The notes beneath the pieces are model-generated. The model saw only the letters and a program-made list of their open reading frames with translations. It did not search any database and was not told the DNA's origin. A stretch of 64,000 bases of DNA, taken from the NCBI GenBank assembly GCA_963744905.1, contig CAVUUV010000003.1, forward strand, positions 513,503 to 577,502, given 5' to 3'. The DNA comes from an uncultured Acidimicrobiia bacterium. Its GTDB lineage: Bacteria > Actinomycetota > Acidimicrobiia > Spongiisociales > ZC4RG35. Below are positions 35,360 through 43,146 of the stretch, piece after piece (position 1 is the stretch's first letter; each line of letters opens with the position of its first letter). Position numbers and translations under genes: made by a program.

Positions 35360-35874
35360 CCGGCCCGCTCCTGGGCCAGCGAGAGACGAAGCAGCTTTCG
35401 TCCGCGGTGGATACGACTGCGGATCGTGCCGACGGGAACCGCCACCGCGGTGGCGATCTCCTCGTAACTCAAGCCCACCACGTCACACATCACGACTGCC
35501 TCCCGGAACTCGTAGGGAAGCTCGAGAAGGGCCGCCTGGATGTCCTCACCGAGGCGCACGGCAGCGAGCTCCTCGTCGGCGGCCGGAGAAGACTCGGTGT
35601 CCCAGCGATCGATCTCTTCGGGTAGGGAGGCGGTGGGACGACGCTGACGACGTCGCACCTCATCGATGAAGGCGTTGCGGGTGATGCGCCACAGCCATCC
35701 GTCGAAGGATCCGGGGCGGTAAGAGGCCAGGCCCCGCCTGACACGGAGGAGCACCTCCTGGGCCAGATCGGAGGCGTCGTCGGGGTTGCCGCACAGGCGG
35801 TAGGCGAAGTTGTAGATCTTGCGCCCATGGACTCGCGCCACTTCTTCCCACGACATCGGGACGGTGTCACTCAC
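35356..35874 (-). CDS. sigE: ECF RNA polymerase sigma factor (SigE-like, sigma-70 regions 2 and 4)
   Basis: Region 2 (IYNFAYRLCGNPDDASDLAQEVLLRVRRGL...FDGWLWRITRNAFIDEVRR) and region 4 (YEEIATAVAVPVGTIRSRIHRGRKLL). Confidence 0.85.
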   Translation of the reverse strand: MSDTVPMSWEEVARVHGRKIYNFAYRLCGNPDDASDLAQEVLLRVRRGLASYRPGSFDGWLWRITRNAFIDEVRRRQRRPTASLPEEIDRWDTESSPAADEELAAVRLGEDIQAALLELPYEFREAVVMCDVVGLSYEEIATAVAVPVGTIRSRIHRGRKLLRLSLAQERAG

Positions 35875-35943
35875 GGAGCATCCTTGTGTGCGACAACGAC
35901 GATGGGCAACAACTAGTTCCCGGTGCGCCCGGGAACCCCCTGA

Positions 35944-36159
35944 TCAGGACTTGGGTTCGCCCGTCTCGGACTTGGCTTCGCCCGTTTCGGACTTGGCGTC
36001 ATCTGGTGAGTCTGAGCTGCCCTCGGAGAGGCCCTTGCGGAACTCCTTGGCCGAGGCGCCGATGGAACGGGCCAGCTCGGGCAGCTTCTTGGCACCAAAC
36101 AGCAGGGCGACGATCACCAGAATGATCAGCCACTCACTGCCTCTCAGGCCACTAAACAT
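35944..36159 (-). CDS. tatA: Twin-arginine translocase subunit TatA/E, copy 1, with an acidic repetitive tail
   Basis: MFSGLRGSEWLIILVIVALLFGAKKLPELARSIGASAKEFRKG.... The tail carries KSETGEAKSETGEPKS, encoded by a 24-bp tandem repeat. Confidence 0.8.
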   Translation of the reverse strand: MFSGLRGSEWLIILVIVALLFGAKKLPELARSIGASAKEFRKGLSEGSSDSPDDAKSETGEAKSETGEPKS

Positions 36160-36244
36160 GATGGAGACCTCCTTACCCGACCGATGATAACCCCTACCTG
36201 GGGAGAACCGCCATTGACCGGAGGCCTCTCAGTGCGGCTCTGGG

Positions 36245-36412
36245 TCAGGACTCGGTTTCGTCCGGCTCGCTGCCCTCGGAGAGGCCCTTGCGGAACTCCT
36301 TGGCCGAGGCGCCGACGGAACGGGCCAGCTCGGGCAGCTTCTTGGCACCAAACAGCAGGGCGACGATCACCAGAATGACCAGCCACTCACTGCCTCTCAA
36401 GCCATCCAGCAT
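36245..36412 (-). CDS. tatA: Twin-arginine translocase subunit TatA/E, copy 2 (55 aa; below the ORF-track length cut-off)
   Basis: MLDGLRGSEWLVILVIVALLFGAKKLPELARSVGASAKEFRKGLSEGSEPDETES. The N-terminal roughly 40 aa are near-identical to copy 1 (about 87% nt identity) and the tails diverge. Confidence 0.7.
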   Translation of the reverse strand: MLDGLRGSEWLVILVIVALLFGAKKLPELARSVGASAKEFRKGLSEGSEPDETES

Positions 36413-36512
36413 GTGGAAAACCTCCTTCTGAGGAGATCATACGACCGAATTGAAATTACGGGTCCTCATGGGGAGGAGCTTGCCCCCTGAGGCAACGGGG
36501 CCATCGAGACTC

Positions 36513-37463
36513 CTAGGCGAGGGACATGGAGTCGACGAACTTCTGCAGCCGCTCCCGGGTGACGAAACGGATCCGGGGATCGCGACGTTCACGGTCGTAG
36601 ATGGAGAACGGGGCGAACTTCTCCGACACCAGCATCCCTCGATCCTGGCCCGACTGCTCGAAGGAAAGCACGAACGACCTGATAGTGCGGTCCTCCACCT
36701 GGGGGTAGTCGCCCGGTTCGTAGGGATCGACCATGACGAAGGTGGACTGCCCGGCCCGGGTGGCGGTGTAGATCCCTGGAGCCACGCCGGGCGTGACCGT
36801 GTACCCGAACAAAGCGAGGATGCCGGTCACCATTTCCCCTGCCGTCATATCCTCCGGATCCACTCCCTGAGCACGCAGCCCGGTGTCGACCGCCTTGGGC
36901 AGACGTATCTGGTCGGACAGGGGAGCGAGCTCATCCGATGTGCTCGGCTCAACGGTCTCGGGGATGACGGGAGGGCCGGTCTCGAATTCCGCCGCCAGAG
37001 GGTCGGCACCGATCGAGTGCAGTTGGAGCATCTCGGTCATGCGGCTGGGTGGAGGCAGGATTCCCGGAGTCTCGAGGGACTTGCGACCGACCTCTCGTTT
37101 CTCGCCCTTTCCCGCCAGGGCCACGACCTGGGTCACGTCGTCGATAGGGAGACTGTGACGCTTCTCCCTGACCACCTCGATCGCCTCACCCACCAGGAGG
37201 TCTGCCAGCACCTCGTCGCCGTCCGCCGGAAAGGGGACGTTGAACGCCACCCGCGCCTCGTTCTCGTGAACGTGGAAACTCTCGACTTCGGGACGGGGAT
37301 GAACGAAGTCCGGCATTGGTGGAGGAGCCTGGCCCCGGCGGCCGCGAGCCTGGCGCTGCGGCTTCTCGATGCCGATCTGCTTGCGACGCCGCTCGATGTA
37401 CCAGTTGGCTGCAAGCAAGAGTACGGCCAGCAAGATGAGGAGGATCCCCAGATTCTTCAACAA
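36513..37463 (-). CDS. Hypothetical N-terminally membrane-anchored protein
   Basis: 316 aa with TM MLKNLGILLILLAVLLLAANWY and a Pro-rich linker. The C-terminal globular domain matches no confident family. Its start overlaps the ClC gene by 7 nt. Confidence 0.45.
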   Translation of the reverse strand: MLKNLGILLILLAVLLLAANWYIERRRKQIGIEKPQRQARGRRGQAPPPMPDFVHPRPEVESFHVHENEARVAFNVPFPADGDEVLADLLVGEAIEVVREKRHSLPIDDVTQVVALAGKGEKREVGRKSLETPGILPPPSRMTEMLQLHSIGADPLAAEFETGPPVIPETVEPSTSDELAPLSDQIRLPKAVDTGLRAQGVDPEDMTAGEMVTGILALFGYTVTPGVAPGIYTATRAGQSTFVMVDPYEPGDYPQVEDRTIRSFVLSFEQSGQDRGMLVSEKFAPFSIYDRERRDPRIRFVTRERLQKFVDSMSLA

Positions 37464-39622
37464 CTCTCTTCTCCCGAATCGGTGGCTTCTCCGATACTAG
37501 AAGGACCACCGCCGGCTCCGGCTTCAACCACCATCGTCTCGATCTCCGCGGTGGGCTCGTCGGCACCCGCATTGAGGCGTTCGATCATGGCCTTCCGAGA
37601 CGACTCGCTCCCGAATGCGGTGACCAGGTCGCCGGCGACCAGCACCGTGTCACCCACCGGAACGAGGACCTCGGTACCCCGTCGCACCGAGACCAGCGTG
37701 GAGCCTTCCGGCCATCGCACCTCACGCACTGCCCTGCCGTCGGCGATGGAGCCGGAAGGAACCCGGAAGTCGAAGTAGCTGGCGCCCGGGTCGGTGCGCT
37801 GGTCGAGACGGGCCCGCTGCAGGTTGTGGTCGGTACGGGAGCCCAGGGCGAGGTGATAGGCGCGTACCGCATCCTCGCGCCGGAACATGCCGACCAGCTT
37901 GGTCGGGTCGTCATTGGAGACGACCGGGAGACGCCCGATCCCCAGGGCGGCCATCCGCTCCATGGCATGGGAAACGGGGGTACTCGGCGTCACCGTCACC
38001 GGACGCCTGGTCATGACCGACTTGACCGCGTCGATAGACGGGTCAGCACTGGTGGTGGCGTCGGTGATGCTGACGATCCCCACCAGCTCGCCCGCGTCGT
38101 CCACCACCGGAGCGCCGTGCGCCCGGAAGCTGTCCAGGCGATCGATGAGCTCTTCGAGCGGTGTGTCGGGGTTGACGACCAGGCGGGGAGGAGCCATGAC
38201 GTTGGAGACGCTGATGGTGTCCATGATGTCGACCTCGCCATGCTTGGTGGGAGAGATGCCCCGCAAGGCGAGGGGCATGGTGTAGACGCTCTCCTTGGAG
38301 AAACGCTCGGTGAGGAAGGTGGCCAGGATCGCAGTCAGCATGAGGGGAACGATCAGTCCGTACTCCTTGGTCCCTGTGACCTCGAACACGAGGAGGATGG
38401 CGGTCAGCGGGGCCCTGGCCATGGCGGCGAACATGGCCGCCATCCCCACCACCGCGTAGGGTCCCGTCTGCAGGGCGGTCAGATGCCAGAAGGGCCCGAT
38501 CAGCTTGGCGAAGGCCGTTCCGACCATGGCCCCGATGAACAGCGAGGGCATGAAGGCGCCCCCAGACCCACCCGACCCGAGGGTGAAAGAGGTGGCCAGG
38601 ATCTTGCCCAGGGCCAGGAGGCCCAGCACCCACCACAACTGCGAGAGACCACCGACGGGGGTAGTGGCACCGGTGGCAGTGGCCAGGAGGCCATTGGTGA
38701 CGGCCTGACCCGTCCCTGCCAAACGCGCCTGTCCCGTTCCGAGGATGGCCGGCTCGAGGAACAGAAGCCCGGCGGTCAGGAGCCCCATCGACACCGGCCG
38801 GGCCCACGAGCGAGCCCGGTTGCCCTCGTGGAAGTATTCCTCCACCCGCCGAAGGATCTTCAGGAAAAGCACGGCCGTGACCACGATCACCAGGGCCAGT
38901 GCCACGTACAGGATCAGCTCTCGGTAGTCCGGCTGATCGAACTTATCCGGACTCAGCGTGAAGTTCTCGTGGATGAGCGAACGAGTGGTGATGGCCGCCG
39001 CGACCGAAGCCACCACGATGGCCGACATGTGCCGCACGGCGAAACTGGACAGGATCACCTCCAGAGCGAAAAGCATGCCGGCGATCGGAGCATTGAATGT
39101 GGCACCGATACCAGCTCCGGCACCCGCTGCCACCAGTGATATGACCTGGTCCTCACCCAGATGGAACGTACGGGCGAGTTTCGATCCCAGCGAGGCGCCT
39201 ACCAGCACGATCGGCCCCTCACGACCGGCAGATCCACCCAGTCCCACGGTGAAGGCCGTGGCCAACACTTTGAAAGGCGCCACGCGGCCTCGGATCAAAC
39301 CTCCGCGCACGGTGAGCGAGGCGATGGCCTCGGGCACGCCGTCACCGGCCACCTCCGGCGCTATGTACCTGGCGGTCGCCCAGGCAATGAAGAATCCGAT
39401 CGGGACGAGCACGAAGACCCAAAAGCTGCCTTTGCCCGCAGCCTCACCCAGAACCGAGGTTTCGAACAGACGCAAGACCTCGATCAGAGCGGCGGTACCC
39501 AGGCCGACCGCCACTCCGGTGGCGGCGGAGAGAAGCAAGAACCGGCCACCGACGCGATCGGTGGCACTCACCGCAGAAGGAAGCCTTTTCCAGGCCCGGG
39601 CAATCGAAGTCACCAGGCCCAC
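37457..39622 (-). CDS. ClC-family voltage-gated chloride channel/transporter with C-terminal CBS pair and TrkA-C-like domain
   Basis: GSGIP-like GREGP motif, GxFxP (GAFMPSL), and about 10 TM helices followed by CBS domains. Confidence 0.8.
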   Translation of the reverse strand: MGLVTSIARAWKRLPSAVSATDRVGGRFLLLSAATGVAVGLGTAALIEVLRLFETSVLGEAAGKGSFWVFVLVPIGFFIAWATARYIAPEVAGDGVPEAIASLTVRGGLIRGRVAPFKVLATAFTVGLGGSAGREGPIVLVGASLGSKLARTFHLGEDQVISLVAAGAGAGIGATFNAPIAGMLFALEVILSSFAVRHMSAIVVASVAAAITTRSLIHENFTLSPDKFDQPDYRELILYVALALVIVVTAVLFLKILRRVEEYFHEGNRARSWARPVSMGLLTAGLLFLEPAILGTGQARLAGTGQAVTNGLLATATGATTPVGGLSQLWWVLGLLALGKILATSFTLGSGGSGGAFMPSLFIGAMVGTAFAKLIGPFWHLTALQTGPYAVVGMAAMFAAMARAPLTAILLVFEVTGTKEYGLIVPLMLTAILATFLTERFSKESVYTMPLALRGISPTKHGEVDIMDTISVSNVMAPPRLVVNPDTPLEELIDRLDSFRAHGAPVVDDAGELVGIVSITDATTSADPSIDAVKSVMTRRPVTVTPSTPVSHAMERMAALGIGRLPVVSNDDPTKLVGMFRREDAVRAYHLALGSRTDHNLQRARLDQRTDPGASYFDFRVPSGSIADGRAVREVRWPEGSTLVSVRRGTEVLVPVGDTVLVAGDLVTAFGSESSRKAMIERLNAGADEPTAEIETMVVEAGAGGGPSSIGEATDSGEESC

Positions 39623-39660
39623 AGTATCGTCGCATTCAGGACATCCCTAGCCTGGCCTTC

Positions 39661-40110
39661 ATGGTGCCGATCATGCGTGTCCTGGAAGGCGAATGGGAGG
39701 GTCGTGGGCATGGGAGCTACCCCACCATCGAGGATTTCGATTACCTCGAAACCGTGGTCCTGGCCCGGCTGCCCGACAAGCCCATCCTGGCCTACACCCA
39801 GCGCACCCGCTCACCTTCCGGCGCACCCCTCCATGCCGAGTCGGGCTTCTATCGCTTCGACGGAGACGGGGGCGTCGAACTGGTCATCGCCCAGCCCACC
39901 GGGATCGCCGAGACCCATAGGGGCGAGATCACGGACACGGGGCTGAAGCTGGTCATGACCGGGCTGGTCACCACGCCCACCGCGGTCGAGGTGCGTGAGG
40001 TGCGAAGGCGACTGTCGGTTGTGGGCGACAGTTTGACCTATCGGTTGGACATGGCGGCCGTCGGCCAGGACCTGACCCTGCATTTGGAGGGTGAGCTGGG
40101 CCGGGTGTGA
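39661..40110 (+). CDS. Nitrobindin/peroxynitrite-isomerase-like FABP-fold protein (DUF1794/THAP4-like heme-binding beta-barrel)
   Basis: LEGEWEGRGHGSYPTIEDFDYLETVVL...PILAYTQRTRSPSGAPLHAESGFYRF...VELVIAQPTGIAETHRG matches the nitrobindin pattern. Confidence 0.6.
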   Translation: MVPIMRVLEGEWEGRGHGSYPTIEDFDYLETVVLARLPDKPILAYTQRTRSPSGAPLHAESGFYRFDGDGGVELVIAQPTGIAETHRGEITDTGLKLVMTGLVTTPTAVEVREVRRRLSVVGDSLTYRLDMAAVGQDLTLHLEGELGRV

Positions 40111-40949
40111 CCACCCGGTTAGCGTCGAGCGCCGTGAAGCCAGTCAGTCACGTCGGCAGGAGGATCGACCTCTCCTACCCATCCAACCGCTGGGCGGTGG
40201 GCCTTACCCTTGTCGCGGGCCTGGCGGGTCTCATCCATCCCGAGGGCCGCAACTCCTTCTGGGCCGCCTTCCAGAGCGGGGGAACGGTCATTCTCACCTG
40301 GGCACTGACTCGGGAGCTCGACCCGGACCGGCCCGCCACCTCGGTGGTGGCGGCCGTCGCCGCCGGCGTGGTGGCGGTGTGGACCGGCGACGCCAGCCTC
40401 ATCGCCCTGGGTGGGCTGGTGGCGGCGGCCCGGATCCTGACCAGATCGACCGGTTCGTGGCCCCTCCTCACCGACATCGTGGTGATCGGAGCCGGAGTGG
40501 GCATCTTCGCCCGCAGCCCGCTGACCTGGGCATCGGGATTGGCCGTGGCGGCGGCGGTGGCCCTCGACACGGCCATGATCCATCCCGCCCCGCGCTATCA
40601 CGTCTGGCTGGCGGGAGCGATAGGAGTGGCGGTCACCCTGTCCGCCGTCATCTCCGACGCCCTCCCCCGGGACTGGTCCCCACCCAGCATCGCCACCATC
40701 GTCATCGCCATCCTCGGAACTCTGGCCGGCCTCCTCACCCCGGTCCTCCCCCTCAACTCCTTCAGCGACTTCCGCAACACCCGCCTCGACCCCAGCCGCC
40801 TCCGGGTGGCTCGCCGCCTCGTCGTCGCCACCCTCGCCCTCGGCGTCGTGGCCGGTGGCGCCGCCACCGGCGCCACCTCCTGGCCCGCCTGGCTGACCCT
40901 CATCCTGGCAGCACTGTTCCGCGTTTTTATCAGCGAAACGGGCCCCTGA
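40107..40949 (+). CDS. Hypothetical polytopic membrane protein (GTG start overlapping the nitrobindin stop, GTGA)
   Basis: 280-aa Ala/Gly/Val-rich protein with 7-8 hydrophobic helices. Confidence 0.45.
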   Translation: MTTRLASSAVKPVSHVGRRIDLSYPSNRWAVGLTLVAGLAGLIHPEGRNSFWAAFQSGGTVILTWALTRELDPDRPATSVVAAVAAGVVAVWTGDASLIALGGLVAAARILTRSTGSWPLLTDIVVIGAGVGIFARSPLTWASGLAVAAAVALDTAMIHPAPRYHVWLAGAIGVAVTLSAVISDALPRDWSPPSIATIVIAILGTLAGLLTPVLPLNSFSDFRNTRLDPSRLRVARRLVVATLALGVVAGGAATGATSWPAWLTLILAALFRVFISETGP

Positions 40950-41096
40950 GGGGGCCGTTTCGTAGGGGAGAACGCGCTACGAAACCGCCCTTTAGTCCCC
41001 AAGACGGGCCTGATGCGGCCATTGGAACACGCAACCAGGGATTTTCTCCCCTACGGATCGGCCCCTCACAGGGGCCGATCTGCTGATAAAAACGCG
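40920..41096. repeat. Nested inverted-repeat element: outer IR CGCGTTTTTATCAGC / GCTGATAAAAACGCG enclosing two G/C hairpins
   Basis: Outer arms at 40920-40934 and 41082-41096. Hairpin 1 is GAAACGGGCCCCTGAGGGGGCCGTTTC (40935-40961). Hairpin 2 is GATCGGCCCCTCACAGGGGCCGATC (41056-41080). The left outer arm encodes the last codons of the upstream gene. The whole lies between convergent genes. Confidence 0.45.
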
Positions 41097-41098
41097 GA

Positions 41099-41968
41099 TC
41101 AGATCCGGGTTCCTACTCCGCGTCGCTCGGCTTCTTCGAGGGCGGCGGCGGCGGCGGTGATGTCCTGGCTGGCGATTCCGACGGACTTGAAGAAGGTGAA
41201 ATCGGAGATGATGTCGGGGACGCCGTCTTCGAGCAGGTCGGTCAGGGTGGCATCCGGGCCTCGCTCGGCGGTCAGGAGATCGCCCGCCTCGGCAGCGGCG
41301 GCGTCACGGTCGTCCACCACCACGAAGGAGTGGAGCGTGACCTCGACCGGCACCTCGATCATGCCGGGACGGAAGGCGCCGATGGCGTTGATGTGGGTGC
41401 CCGCCTGAATCGCATCCGGCGAGAACAGGGCCGCGGTAGAGGGAGTGGCACAGGAGACGACGTCGGCAACACCCACGGCCTCATCGGCGGCATCGACCGC
41501 CTCGCCGCCGACCCGTTCCGCCAGGTCTTCGGCTCGGTTGCGGGTCCGCGACCAGACCAGCACCCGTTGGATGGGGCGCACCGTCCGCACCGCCTCGATT
41601 TGATCGAAGGCCATCGCTCCCGCCCCCAGCATGACGAGGACCGAAGCATCTTCTCGCGCCAGTAGCCGTGTGGCCAGGCCGGCACCGGCACCGGTGCGGA
41701 TGGCAGTCAGGGTGGGCCCGTCCACCATCCCCATCGGCGAACCGGATTCGTCCATGACCAAAACTAGCCCGACTGGATTTCCGGGCACGGTCGAGACGAT
41801 CTTGATCCCCGATCTCTCCCCCACCCTGCCCGGCATGTAGAGAGAACCAGCCAGCTCCCGTCGCAATGGCACCTGGCGATCGCTGGAAAAGGCCGCCACC
41901 TGTGACTCAACGGCCAGGTCCATCGGTAGACACTCACGGGTCTGCTGGGCGTCCAGGACCAGCATCAC
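41099..41968 (-). CDS. Ornithine cyclodeaminase/mu-crystallin family protein
   Basis: NAD-binding Rossmann signature VLGAGAMA. Family-typical ...GTHINAIGA... and an N-terminal substrate-domain motif. Confidence 0.7.
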   Translation of the reverse strand: MMLVLDAQQTRECLPMDLAVESQVAAFSSDRQVPLRRELAGSLYMPGRVGERSGIKIVSTVPGNPVGLVLVMDESGSPMGMVDGPTLTAIRTGAGAGLATRLLAREDASVLVMLGAGAMAFDQIEAVRTVRPIQRVLVWSRTRNRAEDLAERVGGEAVDAADEAVGVADVVSCATPSTAALFSPDAIQAGTHINAIGAFRPGMIEVPVEVTLHSFVVVDDRDAAAAEAGDLLTAERGPDATLTDLLEDGVPDIISDFTFFKSVGIASQDITAAAAALEEAERRGVGTRI

Positions 41969-42984
41969 GCAACCGTGACCCGGTAGTCACCCGCTTTCTG
42001 GTCGAATTCCAGGTCGATCAGGCCCCGACGGGCAGCAGCCCGGCAGAACTGAAGAAACCCGCTGTATCCGAACTTCTTCTCCGAGAAGTCGGCCTGGCGC
42101 TTTCGCACTTCATTCTTGAGCCCGGACAGGAACGGCTTGCCGTTGCGCTTCTGAACGTCGGACACGACGCTGACCAGCAGGTCGAAGGCCTGGGCCTCCT
42201 CGGCCCCTCCGGCCGCGATCTGCACCACCGGATCCCCCCGTGCCGGACCTTCGCTCAGCTCGATCACTCCCTGCGACTGCAGGTCGGCCAGCAACTCGCC
42301 GAAGCCCCGATATCCGTAGTCGGCCTCCGAAAAGGTGGAATCCTTGCGCAGAAGGGCTCGTTTGAGCGAAGAAGCAAGCACCGTATCGCCCGAGCTGCGC
42401 TGCAGTCCTGCCAGGGTGCGGGTGATAAGCGACTCGATCGTCTCCTCACCGCTTTCGGCGGGCGGGGCCTCGGCCTGGGTCTTCTTGGTCTCCTCCGAGG
42501 CCCGGCGTGGCTCCACCCCCTCCAGGTTCTCGTAGAAGAGGAACTCGTCGCAGGCCGGGGGGAGCAGCTTGGAAGTGGAGCCCTTCACGCCCACCCCGAT
42601 AACCCGCTTGTTCAGCTCGCGCAACTTGTAGACCAGGGGCGTGAAGTCCGAGTCGCCGGTGCAGATGACGAAGGTAGTGACGTAGCCTCGCTCGAAGGCC
42701 TGTTCCAGGGCATCCACCGCCATCTTGATGTCGGCGGCGTTCTTGCGCACCATGCCCAGACGCTGGGGAATCTCGATCAACTCGACATGGTGACGGGTGA
42801 GCATGCGCCGGTCCTCGTCGAACATGGACCAGTCGGCATATGCCCGCCGCGACACCACCCGCCCCCGTTCGGCCAGGGCGTCGGCAATGGGGCCAAAATC
42901 GAATTGCATCCCCCCGAGGGAGTCCCGGGCGCCAATGGCCAGGTTCTCGTAGTCCAGATAGAGGGCGATGCGTTCTTCATCCAT
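41965..42984 (-). CDS. NYN (LabA-like PIN-fold) nuclease domain protein with two C-terminal OST-HTH/LOTUS domains
   Basis: IALYLDYENLAIGA...VICTGDSDFTPLVYKLRELNKRVIGVG forms the NYN core. Two repeats end ...YGYRGFGELL... and ...FGYSGFLQF..., the OST-HTH motifs. ATGA overlap with the downstream OCD-family gene. Confidence 0.65.
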   Translation of the reverse strand: MDEERIALYLDYENLAIGARDSLGGMQFDFGPIADALAERGRVVSRRAYADWSMFDEDRRMLTRHHVELIEIPQRLGMVRKNAADIKMAVDALEQAFERGYVTTFVICTGDSDFTPLVYKLRELNKRVIGVGVKGSTSKLLPPACDEFLFYENLEGVEPRRASEETKKTQAEAPPAESGEETIESLITRTLAGLQRSSGDTVLASSLKRALLRKDSTFSEADYGYRGFGELLADLQSQGVIELSEGPARGDPVVQIAAGGAEEAQAFDLLVSVVSDVQKRNGKPFLSGLKNEVRKRQADFSEKKFGYSGFLQFCRAAARRGLIDLEFDQKAGDYRVTVA

Positions 42985-43146
42985 CCCCTGGAGGGTAGGA
43001 CGTCCCGGTAGTCTCCATGAGCATGGGCGATGACGCTTGCTGGCTCAGCCGGGTATGCCTCGAATGCGGGCGCTTCCTCGACGACGACCGTTCAGAGGAG
43101 GAGACCTGTCCACACTGCGGGGCGGAACTGGTTGCCAACGAACCCG

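Noticed and set aside
37826-39139. 437-aa plus-strand ORF
   Set aside because: Antisense to the ClC channel gene with Gly/Arg/His-rich composition.
40935-41080. Simple bidirectional terminator interpretation of the 40.9-kb hairpins
   Set aside because: Not rejected outright. The additional 15-bp outer inverted repeat and the shared hairpin core make a plain terminator insufficient, so it is reported as a repeat element instead.
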